A stretch of 64,000 nt of DNA from an uncultured Candidatus Actinomarina sp. (GTDB lineage Bacteria > Actinomycetota > Acidimicrobiia > Actinomarinales > Actinomarinaceae): positions 32,369-96,368 of the forward strand of contig CACPJC010000003.1 in the NCBI GenBank assembly GCA_902634185.1, read 5' to 3'. The notes beneath the pieces are model-generated. The model made no database searches and was not told the origin of the DNA. It was given only the letters and a program-made list of their open reading frames with translations. The position numbers were made by a program, and so were the translations under genes. Below are positions 46,977 to 56,365 of this stretch, one piece after another; within the stretch, counting starts at the first letter, position 1, and each line of letters opens with the position of its first letter.

Positions 46977-46986
46977 ACAAATTTTT

Positions 46987-48315
46987 TCAGGAAAACCTTG
47001 CTTTTATAGATTCAATGATTTGATCTTTTTGAGGCTCTAGAGTCTCAAAATCCTCATCCTGATCAATCTCAGAACCAGGAAAATCTTTAATAAGTGGAGA
47101 TATCACATTGCTGAACTTTTCAGGTGATGCAGTAGCTACAGCGACTGTTGGAACACTTGAGTTTATATCTATAGCCATTCTTAAAGAGGTGACTGTATGA
47201 GGATCAAAAACAATATTAAAAAGATCATTGAATGTTTTTATTTCCTCTTTTATCTTTTCATCATCAAAGGTCTGTGAGCTAAATATATGTTGTAATTTAT
47301 CTCTGCTACCTTCACTTAACATTCCTTTTTTATTTTCATTAAGATCTTGATAGAAAGATGATGCATCTGATTCAAAGTCATATATTAATCTCTCTAAACT
47401 AGATGGGATCTGAATATCCATACTTGGGGCAACACTGGGTTTTGTTGTTTGTGGTTCTAGGATTCCAGAATCAATAAAACGCTTCAAGACATCATTAACA
47501 TTTGTTGTACACATGATCTGATTTATTTTCAGTCCATGTGATCTACCAAACCATGCTGAGTAAGCATTACCAAAATTTCCAGACGGTATTGCAACATTTA
47601 TTGGTGAAGTAAACTGTTTGGTCAACCAGACATAATAAGTGACCTGTCCCATAACTCGAAGCCAGTTGATTGAGTTCAAAGAGATAATTCTTCTCTCAAA
47701 TGGATTGTCAGATAATATCTCTTTTGCAATTCTTTGACAGTCATCATATGACCCTTCAACTGCAATATTGAAAACATTATCTTTGATAACACTTGTCATT
47801 TGTTTTCTTTGATATTCACTAATTTTGTTTGCGGGATGAAGAACGACAATATCAATATTGTCTGAATCTTTTACAGCTTGGATAGCAGCACTCCCTGTAT
47901 CACCGCTGGTTGCTACAAGAACGAGCCCTCTCTCTCCTAATTCACTCAGTCTTTTACCAGCAATTGCTCCTAGAGGTTGTAGAGCATAATCTTTAAATGA
48001 TTTTGTAGGTCCATGAAAAAGCTCCATGACGACGGTTGTATCATTTAAATCTTTAAGTACTGGTTCTGGAGAGTTTTCAAATCCAGAATATAGTGATAAG
48101 CCATCAACATATTTAGCTGAGTTTTTATCTAGTGCAATAAAGATTGTTTTTACAAAATCCTCATAACTTAAGTCCTCTTCAGTTAAATGATTAAGGTTAT
48201 CAATTGTTAATGAATCAGGTAAATAAAGGCCTTTATCAGGTGCTAGCCCTGAAAGAATGACATCTTCAAAAGAGATGGTCTCTTTATGTCCCCTGGTTGA
48301 TTGATACTGTACCAC
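46987..48315 (-). CDS. thrC: Threonine synthase
   Basis: 442 aa. PLP-Lys motif HGPTKSFKDYALQ. Confidence 0.95.
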   Translation of the reverse strand: MVQYQSTRGHKETISFEDVILSGLAPDKGLYLPDSLTIDNLNHLTEEDLSYEDFVKTIFIALDKNSAKYVDGLSLYSGFENSPEPVLKDLNDTTVVMELFHGPTKSFKDYALQPLGAIAGKRLSELGERGLVLVATSGDTGSAAIQAVKDSDNIDIVVLHPANKISEYQRKQMTSVIKDNVFNIAVEGSYDDCQRIAKEILSDNPFERRIISLNSINWLRVMGQVTYYVWLTKQFTSPINVAIPSGNFGNAYSAWFGRSHGLKINQIMCTTNVNDVLKRFIDSGILEPQTTKPSVAPSMDIQIPSSLERLIYDFESDASSFYQDLNENKKGMLSEGSRDKLQHIFSSQTFDDEKIKEEIKTFNDLFNIVFDPHTVTSLRMAIDINSSVPTVAVATASPEKFSNVISPLIKDFPGSEIDQDEDFETLEPQKDQIIESIKARFS

Positions 48316-49572
48316 TTAGACGTAGACGCGAAGTGTTGAGGTCACTGTTGTGACGGAATCTAGTGCTGATATTTGATCAATAGAATTCTTGATATCTTTC
48401 TCTGGTGCCTCGTGGGTAACTAAAACAAGTTCTGCTTTATCTCCCCTGCCTTCTTGGATAACACTCTCAATACTTACGTTATTTTCACCAAAAGTTCCAG
48501 AGATTTTTGCCAAAACACCAGGTTCATCATTGACGGAAAGCCTTATAAACATGCTTGATACCACATCCTCAAAACTTTTCATTTCGCCTTTAAATTCTCT
48601 TAGTGGATACCAGTTTGTTTGATCACTGCTTAGTTGATGGCAAGCACTTAACACGTCTCCAATAATTGCACTTGCTGTTGGTTCAGCACCTGCGCCTGGT
48701 CCTGAAAACACCAACTGATTTATATTATCTCCTTCAACGACAACAGCATTTAAAGCTCCTCTTATTGCAGCAAGAGGATGTTTCGTATCAATTAAGACAG
48801 GATGAACCCTTGCATTAAAGCCATTCTTATTTTCAATCTGTGCAACTAATTTAATTGTCTTTCCGAGCCTTGCTGCCCATTCAAAATCTTCTTTTGTAAT
48901 GCCAGAAATTCCATCGGTAAAGAGTTCGTCTGCACTTGGTGATACTCCAAAACAAAGAAGCGATAAAATTACTGCTTTGTATTTTGCATCTATTCCTTCA
49001 ACATCATTTGTTGGATCAGGTTCTGCATATCCTAGTTCCTGTGCAGTCGATAGTGCATCTTCGTAGGAACTTCCCTCTTCCATAGCAGTCAGCATATAGT
49101 TGGTTGTTCCGTTTATGATCCCGAGTACCTTTGACAACTCTTCGCCTCTAAGACTTTCTATGAGTGGTTTAAGTACAGGTATACCTGCAGCGACTGCTGC
49201 CTCAAAATATAAACAAGCATTATTTTCTTTTGCAGTATTAATTAGATCAGATCCAGAATCGGCAATGATATCTTTATTTGCTGTTATTACTGCTTTACCA
49301 TTTTGCAAGATTGCCTTTATGTACTCTTTACCGGGATCAATACCTCCAAGAACTTCTATAACAAGATCAATTGAATCATCATTTAAAATGTCATCAAAAT
49401 TGTCAGTGAGAATATCGTCTGGTATTTCTCTTTTTTTACTTTTATCTTTTACTAAAACTCTTTTTACATTTAATCCAACTATTCCTTTATCTAAGTTCAT
49501 GAGGCGTGAGATAACAGCTGAACCAATATTGCCAGCACCCATAACAGCTACATTAAATGTTTTATTTTCCAT
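48316..49572 (-). CDS. hom: Homoserine dehydrogenase with C-terminal ACT domain
   Basis: 418 aa. NAD motif VMGAGNIGS and the GIINGTTNYML block. Confidence 0.95.
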   Translation of the reverse strand: MENKTFNVAVMGAGNIGSAVISRLMNLDKGIVGLNVKRVLVKDKSKKREIPDDILTDNFDDILNDDSIDLVIEVLGGIDPGKEYIKAILQNGKAVITANKDIIADSGSDLINTAKENNACLYFEAAVAAGIPVLKPLIESLRGEELSKVLGIINGTTNYMLTAMEEGSSYEDALSTAQELGYAEPDPTNDVEGIDAKYKAVILSLLCFGVSPSADELFTDGISGITKEDFEWAARLGKTIKLVAQIENKNGFNARVHPVLIDTKHPLAAIRGALNAVVVEGDNINQLVFSGPGAGAEPTASAIIGDVLSACHQLSSDQTNWYPLREFKGEMKSFEDVVSSMFIRLSVNDEPGVLAKISGTFGENNVSIESVIQEGRGDKAELVLVTHEAPEKDIKNSIDQISALDSVTTVTSTLRVYV

Positions 49573-49615
49573 ATTTAGTAAGGATAAATGTTATTCAGAT
49601 TGAAACAACAGTTTT

Positions 49616-52180
49616 TTATTCATCACCATCAGCGATTCCATCTGTGTCAGCATCTGAGCTTGCATTTGGGTCTAAAGGAAATGCATCTAAAGAGTCTAAT
49701 ACCCCATCACCATCATCATCTGTGTCTGATGAATTATCGATACCGTCTCCATCTGTATCAACAGCAGTTAGTTTCCATCTTCTCATAAATTCATCTTCAA
49801 ACATTACTATTCCTACTTCAGGGTTCACCCAAAAATTTAGTATCTGTAAAGACCGGTGAAATGAACTTGATGCACCAATACTAACTTGTGAATGAGTAAT
49901 TTTGTATGCATCGTATGCACCGTGAGGTGTAACAACTAACTCTTGATTTACATAATTTGTAAAATTCCAAGTATCGTAATAAGTAGTGCCAAAAGTGGAT
50001 GTATTTTCATATCTTGAAGAACAATCTGATTCATTATATTCACCTGTCTTCATGTAATGGTCAATGAATAGACAAGGATTTTGAAATTCTCTTTCAATAG
50101 AGCCGTCACTTGGTGTTGAACCGGCAAATATCTTTTCCCAACCAACAGTCTTTATAAAGTAATTACCATTGTTTATATAAAATAATATTCCAAATTTATG
50201 GTTAACATCGCCTGTATTAAATGGATTCACATAATTCATGTCACAATTTTGTGTATCACACCAGTAAAAAGTTTCGTATGTAGTTCCACCATCCTCAATA
50301 TCTGAGCCTTTTTCGACATACATTGTTTTTGTTGCAGAAGTAGTTTCAGAAATTGATTCTGTAAAGCTATATGACGATGAACCACCATCAATTAATGGAA
50401 AATATGCTTTTGATTTTATTGAATAACTTCCGATGTCAACGCCATAATTTGTAGATGGCCCAAATCTGTCATATTCATGTGCATATTCTTGCATTACTCT
50501 CGAAGCATCAGATTGATCATTTACTCCAGCACTTTGTGTGCCTTGTGTTCCATCATTTTGATAGTGGAAAGGAATGCCAAGATCATTTACTTCTGGAAAT
50601 CCAGCACATGTTAAATCTGGATTTGAATAAATTCCACAAAAAGCCATTCCATACCCTACGAGAGTTGAGAAAGGTTGGTCGCCTGTCTGATTATAAGCAT
50701 GTGCATAATCGGTAATTCCATCTCCTGTTGATCCAGGATTTGAACTTTGCTCTCTTGAATGTGCTATCCCCAAAGCATGTCCTAACTCATGTGGAAAGAG
50801 CTTGTTATTATATCTGTAATCCAAGCTTGTAACTTTGAAAACATTTCTCCTGTCTTTTGTTGTATCTCTATATAAATATGAAGAACTTCCCTCTCCAGGA
50901 AGGAGTGCACCTACAATATCAGCACCTTTTTTAACTTTAGTTTTGTGGACTTCTTGATCATATTGTAAAAAGTTTAAAATATTGCTACTTACGTCTGAGT
51001 AAGTCACATTCCAAGAATGGATATCCAAAACATTCATTTCCAAGTTAGTAATCTGACTATTCGCAAAAATCTCATTTTGATTTGTCTCTAACTGACCCTG
51101 AGCAAAAGAAAGCAATTCACTGGTAGTATCGTAATCGCTTGGTGCAGATCCAATTGTGTCATTGTGGTAAACAAGTAAAAGATCTATGGAAAATTTTTCT
51201 GATATATCTGTCACGTTAACTGTAAAATTTTTGCAAGATATTCCCAAACTGTCAGTCACATTTGCAGTTGCTGAATAACTTGTCTTTTGCTCATAGTCAG
51301 CATTTGTATTTAAAGTTATTACTCCGTTTGAATCAACCGACATAAGTCTTGAATCACTTCCAGTAATTGAGTAAGACAATGTGCCTGATCCCGTTGCTGA
51401 AATGGTATCAATAGATTTTTGATTTTCATTTATTGTTATTGGAGTAGTTAAATTAGTAATTGTTGGACCATTGCTACAGCTATCCTCAGAAGAATTTCCT
51501 GATCCAGTTCCACCAGTTCCACCAGTTCCAGGTGTTATTCCTGGGATGGGTTTTTCTATAAAATCAAAACCACTATTTTTTAATTGTTTATGTTCATCGC
51601 AGTCTCTATATGTAGTCCATTCACCTGCTGCATTCCATAAAGTTCCAACTTCTCCATGCCACATCTTTCCACCATCATCACAATCAATTTTCTCACTTAC
51701 TGTTTCCGTGATAATTTCATCAACCTCTGTGATAACTTCATCGACCTCTAAGAGATTTTGTTTTATTGGTCTATTTTCAAAAAAAGTACATTCTTTGTAA
51801 GCTAAATAGTCACCGCAATCTATAAATATAGCTTTGACCTCCATCTCACAATTGTTATAAGTTGTCATAGCTTTATGTGTTGAAGGTCCAATAATGCCAT
51901 CAACTCTAATCCCAATAAATCTTTGAAAATTTTTGATTGCTAGCCTAAGACTTTTTGTCATATAAGCTTCAATTTTTCCAGTGAAAAAACCTTCTTCATT
52001 CAGAAAATCATATAAATTACTAACTTCAAGAAAATTTACGTTACCGTAATTATTTTCAACACATTCCTGAGTAGTTTCATTAAAGACTGATTCAGTTACT
52101 TCGATTTGGGTTGGAAACATTAGAGTTGTAAAAATAATCAAAAATACAAAAATAAAACAAGTAAAAATTCTCCAACCCAT
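49616..52180 (-). CDS. Multidomain secreted metzincin: signal anchor, PG-binding-like, cadherin-like, HExxHxxGxxH protease, TSP3-like Ca-binding tail
   Basis: 854 aa. IKNFQRFIGIRVDGIIGPSTHKAM. PITINENQKSIDTISATGSGTLSYSITG...VNVTD. HELGHALGIAH (50759..50791). DTDGDGIDNSSDTDDDGDGVLD...DADTDGIADGDE. Confidence 0.8.
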   Translation of the reverse strand: MGWRIFTCFIFVFLIIFTTLMFPTQIEVTESVFNETTQECVENNYGNVNFLEVSNLYDFLNEEGFFTGKIEAYMTKSLRLAIKNFQRFIGIRVDGIIGPSTHKAMTTYNNCEMEVKAIFIDCGDYLAYKECTFFENRPIKQNLLEVDEVITEVDEIITETVSEKIDCDDGGKMWHGEVGTLWNAAGEWTTYRDCDEHKQLKNSGFDFIEKPIPGITPGTGGTGGTGSGNSSEDSCSNGPTITNLTTPITINENQKSIDTISATGSGTLSYSITGSDSRLMSVDSNGVITLNTNADYEQKTSYSATANVTDSLGISCKNFTVNVTDISEKFSIDLLLVYHNDTIGSAPSDYDTTSELLSFAQGQLETNQNEIFANSQITNLEMNVLDIHSWNVTYSDVSSNILNFLQYDQEVHKTKVKKGADIVGALLPGEGSSSYLYRDTTKDRRNVFKVTSLDYRYNNKLFPHELGHALGIAHSREQSSNPGSTGDGITDYAHAYNQTGDQPFSTLVGYGMAFCGIYSNPDLTCAGFPEVNDLGIPFHYQNDGTQGTQSAGVNDQSDASRVMQEYAHEYDRFGPSTNYGVDIGSYSIKSKAYFPLIDGGSSSYSFTESISETTSATKTMYVEKGSDIEDGGTTYETFYWCDTQNCDMNYVNPFNTGDVNHKFGILFYINNGNYFIKTVGWEKIFAGSTPSDGSIEREFQNPCLFIDHYMKTGEYNESDCSSRYENTSTFGTTYYDTWNFTNYVNQELVVTPHGAYDAYKITHSQVSIGASSSFHRSLQILNFWVNPEVGIVMFEDEFMRRWKLTAVDTDGDGIDNSSDTDDDGDGVLDSLDAFPLDPNASSDADTDGIADGDE

Positions 52181-52222
52181 AGAGAAAAATTCTAAGTTAT
52201 AAAATTTTCTATTTCAAATAAT

Positions 52223-52669
52223 TTAAGTCAGTTTTTGTTTGACTATTTTACTTACGACCGAACCATCTATGCCGTCACCTTTTGCCATAACTGCACCAAT
52301 TACTCTTCCCATTTGAGAAATATCAACGTCACCTAATTCAGAAAGGACCTCATCAACAATTTTTTCAACTTCCTCTTCACCAAGTTGTTCTGGTAAATAG
52401 GTACTTAGAAAATCAATCTCAAATTGTATTTTGTCCGCCATCTCTTGACCCCTTTCGCCCAAAGATTGATATTCTTCAACAGCTTTTATCATTTTTTTAA
52501 CATATGAAGAGATCACTCCAAGTACAAGGTCGTCATTTACTTCTTCGCCTTTTTCAGCTTTCTTTTTTGCAATCTCTGTTTGGATTTGTCTAATAGCATC
52601 AAGTTTGGGTTTATCTTTTGCCTTCATTGCATCTTTTAATGCTGAGCTTAAGTCATCTGCTAGTGCCAT
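52223..52669 (-). CDS. yqeY: GatB/YqeY domain protein
   Basis: 148 aa. Its length and helical pattern (LKDAMKAKDK..L..IR) are typical of YqeY. Confidence 0.8.
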   Translation of the reverse strand: MALADDLSSALKDAMKAKDKPKLDAIRQIQTEIAKKKAEKGEEVNDDLVLGVISSYVKKMIKAVEEYQSLGERGQEMADKIQFEIDFLSTYLPEQLGEEEVEKIVDEVLSELGDVDISQMGRVIGAVMAKGDGIDGSVVSKIVKQKLT

Positions 52670-52688
52670 AATTTTCTATCCTATCTAG

Positions 52689-53327
52689 TTAAAGTTTATC
52701 ACCAATATCAGTGACCACACCATAAACTCCTGTATTTAAAATATTATCTATTTCATCTTTATCATTAACTGTCCACACAACACATTTATCTTTTGGTAGG
52801 TCAAACTTTCTAGAATGAAAAATATCTTTCTGGATCATAAACATTAAATTATCATCTAAATTCGAAATAGATTTGCTTTCGAATAATTGATTTTCTTCAT
52901 CAATCAAAATACCATATCTTGAATTAAATTTTTCTCTGTTGCTTAAAATTGTTCCCCAATCAAATGAAGAAACAATATCATCAGGATTTGTTAACTCAAT
53001 AATTTTTTCTACAAAGATGGTGTTTAGAGTTTCTTGTTTATTGTTTACTTTTAATTCAAAATTTACATCTCCCAATATTTGATCTCTAGATGTTAAATGA
53101 TTATCACTTAGGTCAGTACTTTTAATGTCTGATATCTCTTGTAATGACAAATCTTCAATTTCTTGATTATTAATTGTCGAATCATGAAAAAGAATTAACT
53201 CTTCATCTTTTGTTATCCGTACATCTGTTTCAACGAAATCACATATTTCAAGGGCTTTATTGAGACTCAAAAAGGTGTTTTCAGGGTATAAATTGGGTAA
53301 ACCTCTATGACCAAAAATTTTTTTCAA
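52689..53327 (-). CDS. Glycerophosphodiester phosphodiesterase family protein (short)
   Basis: 212 aa. Contains GHRG..YPENT, ETDVRITKD and LFHD motifs. Confidence 0.8.
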   Translation of the reverse strand: MKKIFGHRGLPNLYPENTFLSLNKALEICDFVETDVRITKDEELILFHDSTINNQEIEDLSLQEISDIKSTDLSDNHLTSRDQILGDVNFELKVNNKQETLNTIFVEKIIELTNPDDIVSSFDWGTILSNREKFNSRYGILIDEENQLFESKSISNLDDNLMFMIQKDIFHSRKFDLPKDKCVVWTVNDKDEIDNILNTGVYGVVTDIGDKL

Positions 53328-53374
53328 AAATACTTCCTTATATTTCCAATTTTAGTACAATTAATTCACTAGAT

Positions 53375-53390
53375 TGTGAAACATTTCACA
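53375..53390 (+). promoter_or_regulatory. Perfect CRP/FNR-type palindrome TGTGA-N6-TCACA upstream of whiB
   Basis: tgtgaaacatttcaca read directly. It lies 15 nt before the GTG at 53405 and 51 nt before the ATG at 53441. Confidence 0.55.
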
Positions 53391-53404
53391 AAGTAAGGAA
53401 TAAA

Positions 53405-53689
53405 GTGCAAATAGTAAATTTTGACTTAGAACAAGAACTTTGGATGCAGGAGGGTGCATGCGTTTTTGCTGATCCTGACCTGTTTTTTCCAGTAGGTTCT
53501 TCTATGAAAGCATTAAAACAAGCTGCTGAGGCTAAGGCAATTTGTAATGAGTGTGACGTAAAAATTGAATGTTTAGAATATGCTATTAGAACAAATCAAG
53601 ACTCTGGTGTTTGGGGTGGAACAACAGAGGACGAGAGAAAATCAATTAGAAGAGAGTATAAAAAAACAGGTACTCTTGTAACTTCCTAA
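53405..53689 (+). CDS. whiB: WhiB-family (Wbl) Fe-S transcription factor
   Basis: Four Cys (C...C..C.....C), plus GVWGG turn and a basic tail. The start is either GTG 53405 or, more WhiB1-like, ATG 53441 (MQEGACVFADPDLFFPVG). Confidence 0.9.
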   Translation: MQIVNFDLEQELWMQEGACVFADPDLFFPVGSSMKALKQAAEAKAICNECDVKIECLEYAIRTNQDSGVWGGTTEDERKSIRREYKKTGTLVTS

Positions 53690-53910
53690 ACTAAGCCAGC
53701 TTCCCTTTTATCGGTATCATCAACAAATTCAATGGAATGTATTTGTTTAGCGTTGATTCCAATCTCACCGTCTTCATCTTTAATCCAATACATTCCACCA
53801 TTTTGGATTAATTCTTCAATTTCTTTTGTAAATTTCTTCTTATCATCAACTTCGGTTTGAAATTCCTTCATTGAACCAAGTAGTGCGATTTTTACTTTTT
53901 GCTTAGCCAC
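53686..53910 (-). CDS. DUF3107-like small protein (TB9.4-like)
   Basis: 74 aa. The pattern VKIAL..S.KEF..E....K.F..EIE..I...G.....DE.G......A..I..IEF resembles actinobacterial DUF3107. Confidence 0.55.
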   Translation of the reverse strand: MAKQKVKIALLGSMKEFQTEVDDKKKFTKEIEELIQNGGMYWIKDEDGEIGINAKQIHSIEFVDDTDKREAGLV

Positions 53911-53919
53911 TATATCTCC

Positions 53920-54897
53920 TTATAAAACGTTTTCACCCATAAAAATTGCGGAGACAGAATCGTCCGCAAAAATAGATGTTAGTGCCGTTGCAATAATAGA
54001 GGAAACGGAGAGAATGTTTACATTTCCGATTTTTTCGATATTCCCATTTTGTTTAAGTGTGTCTGTTACGACGATTTCTTCTATAGGGGTATCTTGAAGT
54101 TTCTCGACACTTTCATCAGAAAAAATTCCGTGAGTTGCTGCTACGCTCACAGACTTTGCACCTCTCTCAATTAGAGCTCTTGATGCAGCAGCAATTGTGC
54201 CTCCTGTATCAATTATGTCATCAAATAATATTGCGTGTCGATCCTCAACTTCACCGATGACAGTAAATGCCTTTACTTCGTTATGTATCTTTGGATCTCT
54301 CTTCTTGTGTACAAAACCAACATAAGCCTCCATATTTTTAGCAAAAGTTGTAGCTCTTCTCACTCCTCCAGCGTCTGGGGAAATTATTGTTATAGGCTCT
54401 TGAAATTTTTCTTTAAAGTAATTTACAAATAATGGCATAGCTGTCAAATGATCGAATGGCTGATCAACAAATCCTTGAATCTGTTGTGTGTGTAAATCAA
54501 TTGAGACTATCCTGTCTGCTCCTGCTGCAATAAATAGGTCGGCAACTAATCGAGCAGATATTGGCTCTCTAGGTAATGCTTTTTTATCCTGTCTTGAATA
54601 TGGGTAAAACGGAAGTACAGCAGTGATTCTTTTTGCAGATGCTCTTTTTAAGGCATCTACAAGTAAAAGCTGCTCCATTATTGTAAAGTTAACTTGGCCC
54701 GAATGGCTTTGCATTACAAAACAATCAGCACCTCTTACACTTTCTTGTAAACGTATATAAATTTCTCCATTTGCAAATTGAGTCTTATCTACTTCAGCAA
54801 GTTCAGTTCCTAGTTCTTTTGCAACTTTATCGGCTAATTCAGGATTTGATGAACCTGAAAATATGAGCATTTTCTTTTTACCAGCTCTCTCAATCAT
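53920..54897 (-). CDS. prsA: Ribose-phosphate pyrophosphokinase
   Basis: 325 aa. Contains the PRPP loop DDIIDTGGT. Confidence 0.96.
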   Translation of the reverse strand: MIERAGKKKMLIFSGSSNPELADKVAKELGTELAEVDKTQFANGEIYIRLQESVRGADCFVMQSHSGQVNFTIMEQLLLVDALKRASAKRITAVLPFYPYSRQDKKALPREPISARLVADLFIAAGADRIVSIDLHTQQIQGFVDQPFDHLTAMPLFVNYFKEKFQEPITIISPDAGGVRRATTFAKNMEAYVGFVHKKRDPKIHNEVKAFTVIGEVEDRHAILFDDIIDTGGTIAAASRALIERGAKSVSVAATHGIFSDESVEKLQDTPIEEIVVTDTLKQNGNIEKIGNVNILSVSSIIATALTSIFADDSVSAIFMGENVL

Positions 54898-56267
54898 TTC
54901 TTTCCTTTTTTATTTTTTCGATCCATATAGCCCTCAATATTTTTCTGATCATTTCTTTCAATACCAAGAGCTCCTGGAGGAATATCTTTTGTAATTACAG
55001 ATCCAGCACCCACCATAGCTCCCTCACCAATGGTCACGGGAGCAACAAGCATTGTATCTGAACCTACAAATGCATTTTTCTTTATCTCAGTTTTATGTTT
55101 TTCTTTACCGTCATAATTAACAGTTATTGCTCCGGCTGAAAAATTTACATTTTCTTCTAATTCTGCATCTCCAACATAAGCAAGATGGGGTACTTTACTG
55201 CCTTTTCCAATTTTTGAATTTTTTGTTTCTGCAAAAGCTCCAACTTTCACATTTTCATCAAGAATAGATCCCTTTCTTAAATGAGCATAAGGACCAATTG
55301 TTGCCTTGCCTTTTATTTCTGCTTCATCGATCACTGAAAATTGAACGACAGAACCCTCGCCTATTTTTGAATCATTAATTATGGAGTTTGGTCCTATGAC
55401 ACAATCCTTTTCAATACTTGTTTTTCCCGTTAAATGACAATTAGCTAAAATTCTCGATCCGGAGGCTATCTCCACAGACTTATCTATATATGTTGAATTT
55501 GGATCTTGAAAATATACACCATTTTCCATGTGGGATTCAATTAGTTCTTTCCGAAGCGTGTTCTCAACATCATTCAGCTGACTCATGGAATTTATACCTT
55601 GTATTGAATCTTCATTTACTTGTACTATAACCCTTTCAAGATTGTTTTGAAAAGCTATATTTATTAAATCTGTAAGATAAAATTCTTTTTGATTATTTGA
55701 ACTTTCTAAACTCCCGATATTTGAATTTAGGAAACTTATATCTATGCAATATATTCCAGAATTAATTTCATTGATTTGTTTCTCAGTTTCATTTGCATCG
55801 GATTCTTCAATTATCTTTTCAAACTCTTTATTATTTTTTACAATTCTTCCATACCCAAACGGGTTTTTAACTTTTGCCGAAATTAATCCGATTGCAGCTT
55901 TATTTTCTATGACATCATTTACTAATTTATCTAGCTCGTTCTTTCTTATCAGAGGAACATCGCCTGGAATTACTACTAAGTATTGACTGTTATCACTTTC
56001 AAACTCGCTGCTCTCTAATAATGTAGAAATTGCGTGACCTGTACCAAGTTGTTCTTTTTGTACTACCGGAATAAAATTCTCAAATATGGTTGAGGATACT
56101 TTTTCTGATTGATGTCCAACAACTACATATTTGCTATCAAAATGACTAATTGCTTCTTGAGCATAATCAATCATTGGAATGCCAAGTACGTTATGAAGAA
56201 CTTTTGGAAGGGAGGACTTCATTCTTGTTCCCTGACCAGCAGCTAAAATTACACCTGAAATACTCAT
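54894..56267 (-). CDS. glmU: Bifunctional GlcNAc-1-P uridyltransferase / GlcN-1-P acetyltransferase
   Basis: 457 aa. LAAGQGTRMKS N-domain plus a left-handed beta-helix hexapeptide C-domain. Confidence 0.96.
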   Translation of the reverse strand: MSISGVILAAGQGTRMKSSLPKVLHNVLGIPMIDYAQEAISHFDSKYVVVGHQSEKVSSTIFENFIPVVQKEQLGTGHAISTLLESSEFESDNSQYLVVIPGDVPLIRKNELDKLVNDVIENKAAIGLISAKVKNPFGYGRIVKNNKEFEKIIEESDANETEKQINEINSGIYCIDISFLNSNIGSLESSNNQKEFYLTDLINIAFQNNLERVIVQVNEDSIQGINSMSQLNDVENTLRKELIESHMENGVYFQDPNSTYIDKSVEIASGSRILANCHLTGKTSIEKDCVIGPNSIINDSKIGEGSVVQFSVIDEAEIKGKATIGPYAHLRKGSILDENVKVGAFAETKNSKIGKGSKVPHLAYVGDAELEENVNFSAGAITVNYDGKEKHKTEIKKNAFVGSDTMLVAPVTIGEGAMVGAGSVITKDIPPGALGIERNDQKNIEGYMDRKNKKGKK

Positions 56268-56275
56268 TTAATTTT

Positions 56276-56350
56276 TGGCTGGGGGAGAAGGACTCGAACC
56301 CTCAACGTTGGGACCAAAACCCAATGTGTTGCCAATTACACCATCCCCCA
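56276..56350 (-). tRNA. tRNA-Gln (anticodon UUG), CCA encoded
   Basis: Manual cloverleaf: acceptor UGGGGGA/UCCCCCA, D arm GUGU..ACAC, anticodon stem UUGGG/CCCAA with loop UUUUGGU, T arm GAGGG-UUCGAGU-CCUUC, discriminator G, CCA. Confidence 0.9.
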
Positions 56351-56365
56351 ATACTTGTCTTAATT

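Noticed and set aside
35051-46986. Mobile-element origin of the island (prophage, ICE or transposon)
   Set aside because: No integrase, transposase or recombinase genes are present, there are no flanking direct or inverted repeats, and no adjacent tRNA was seen. I call it an accessory insertion only, not a mobile element.
49100-49859. Plus-strand ORFs 49100..49603, 49557..49859 and 49588..49788
   Set aside because: They are antisense to hom and to the metzincin 3' end, have no recognisable motifs, and are overlapped by well-supported genes.
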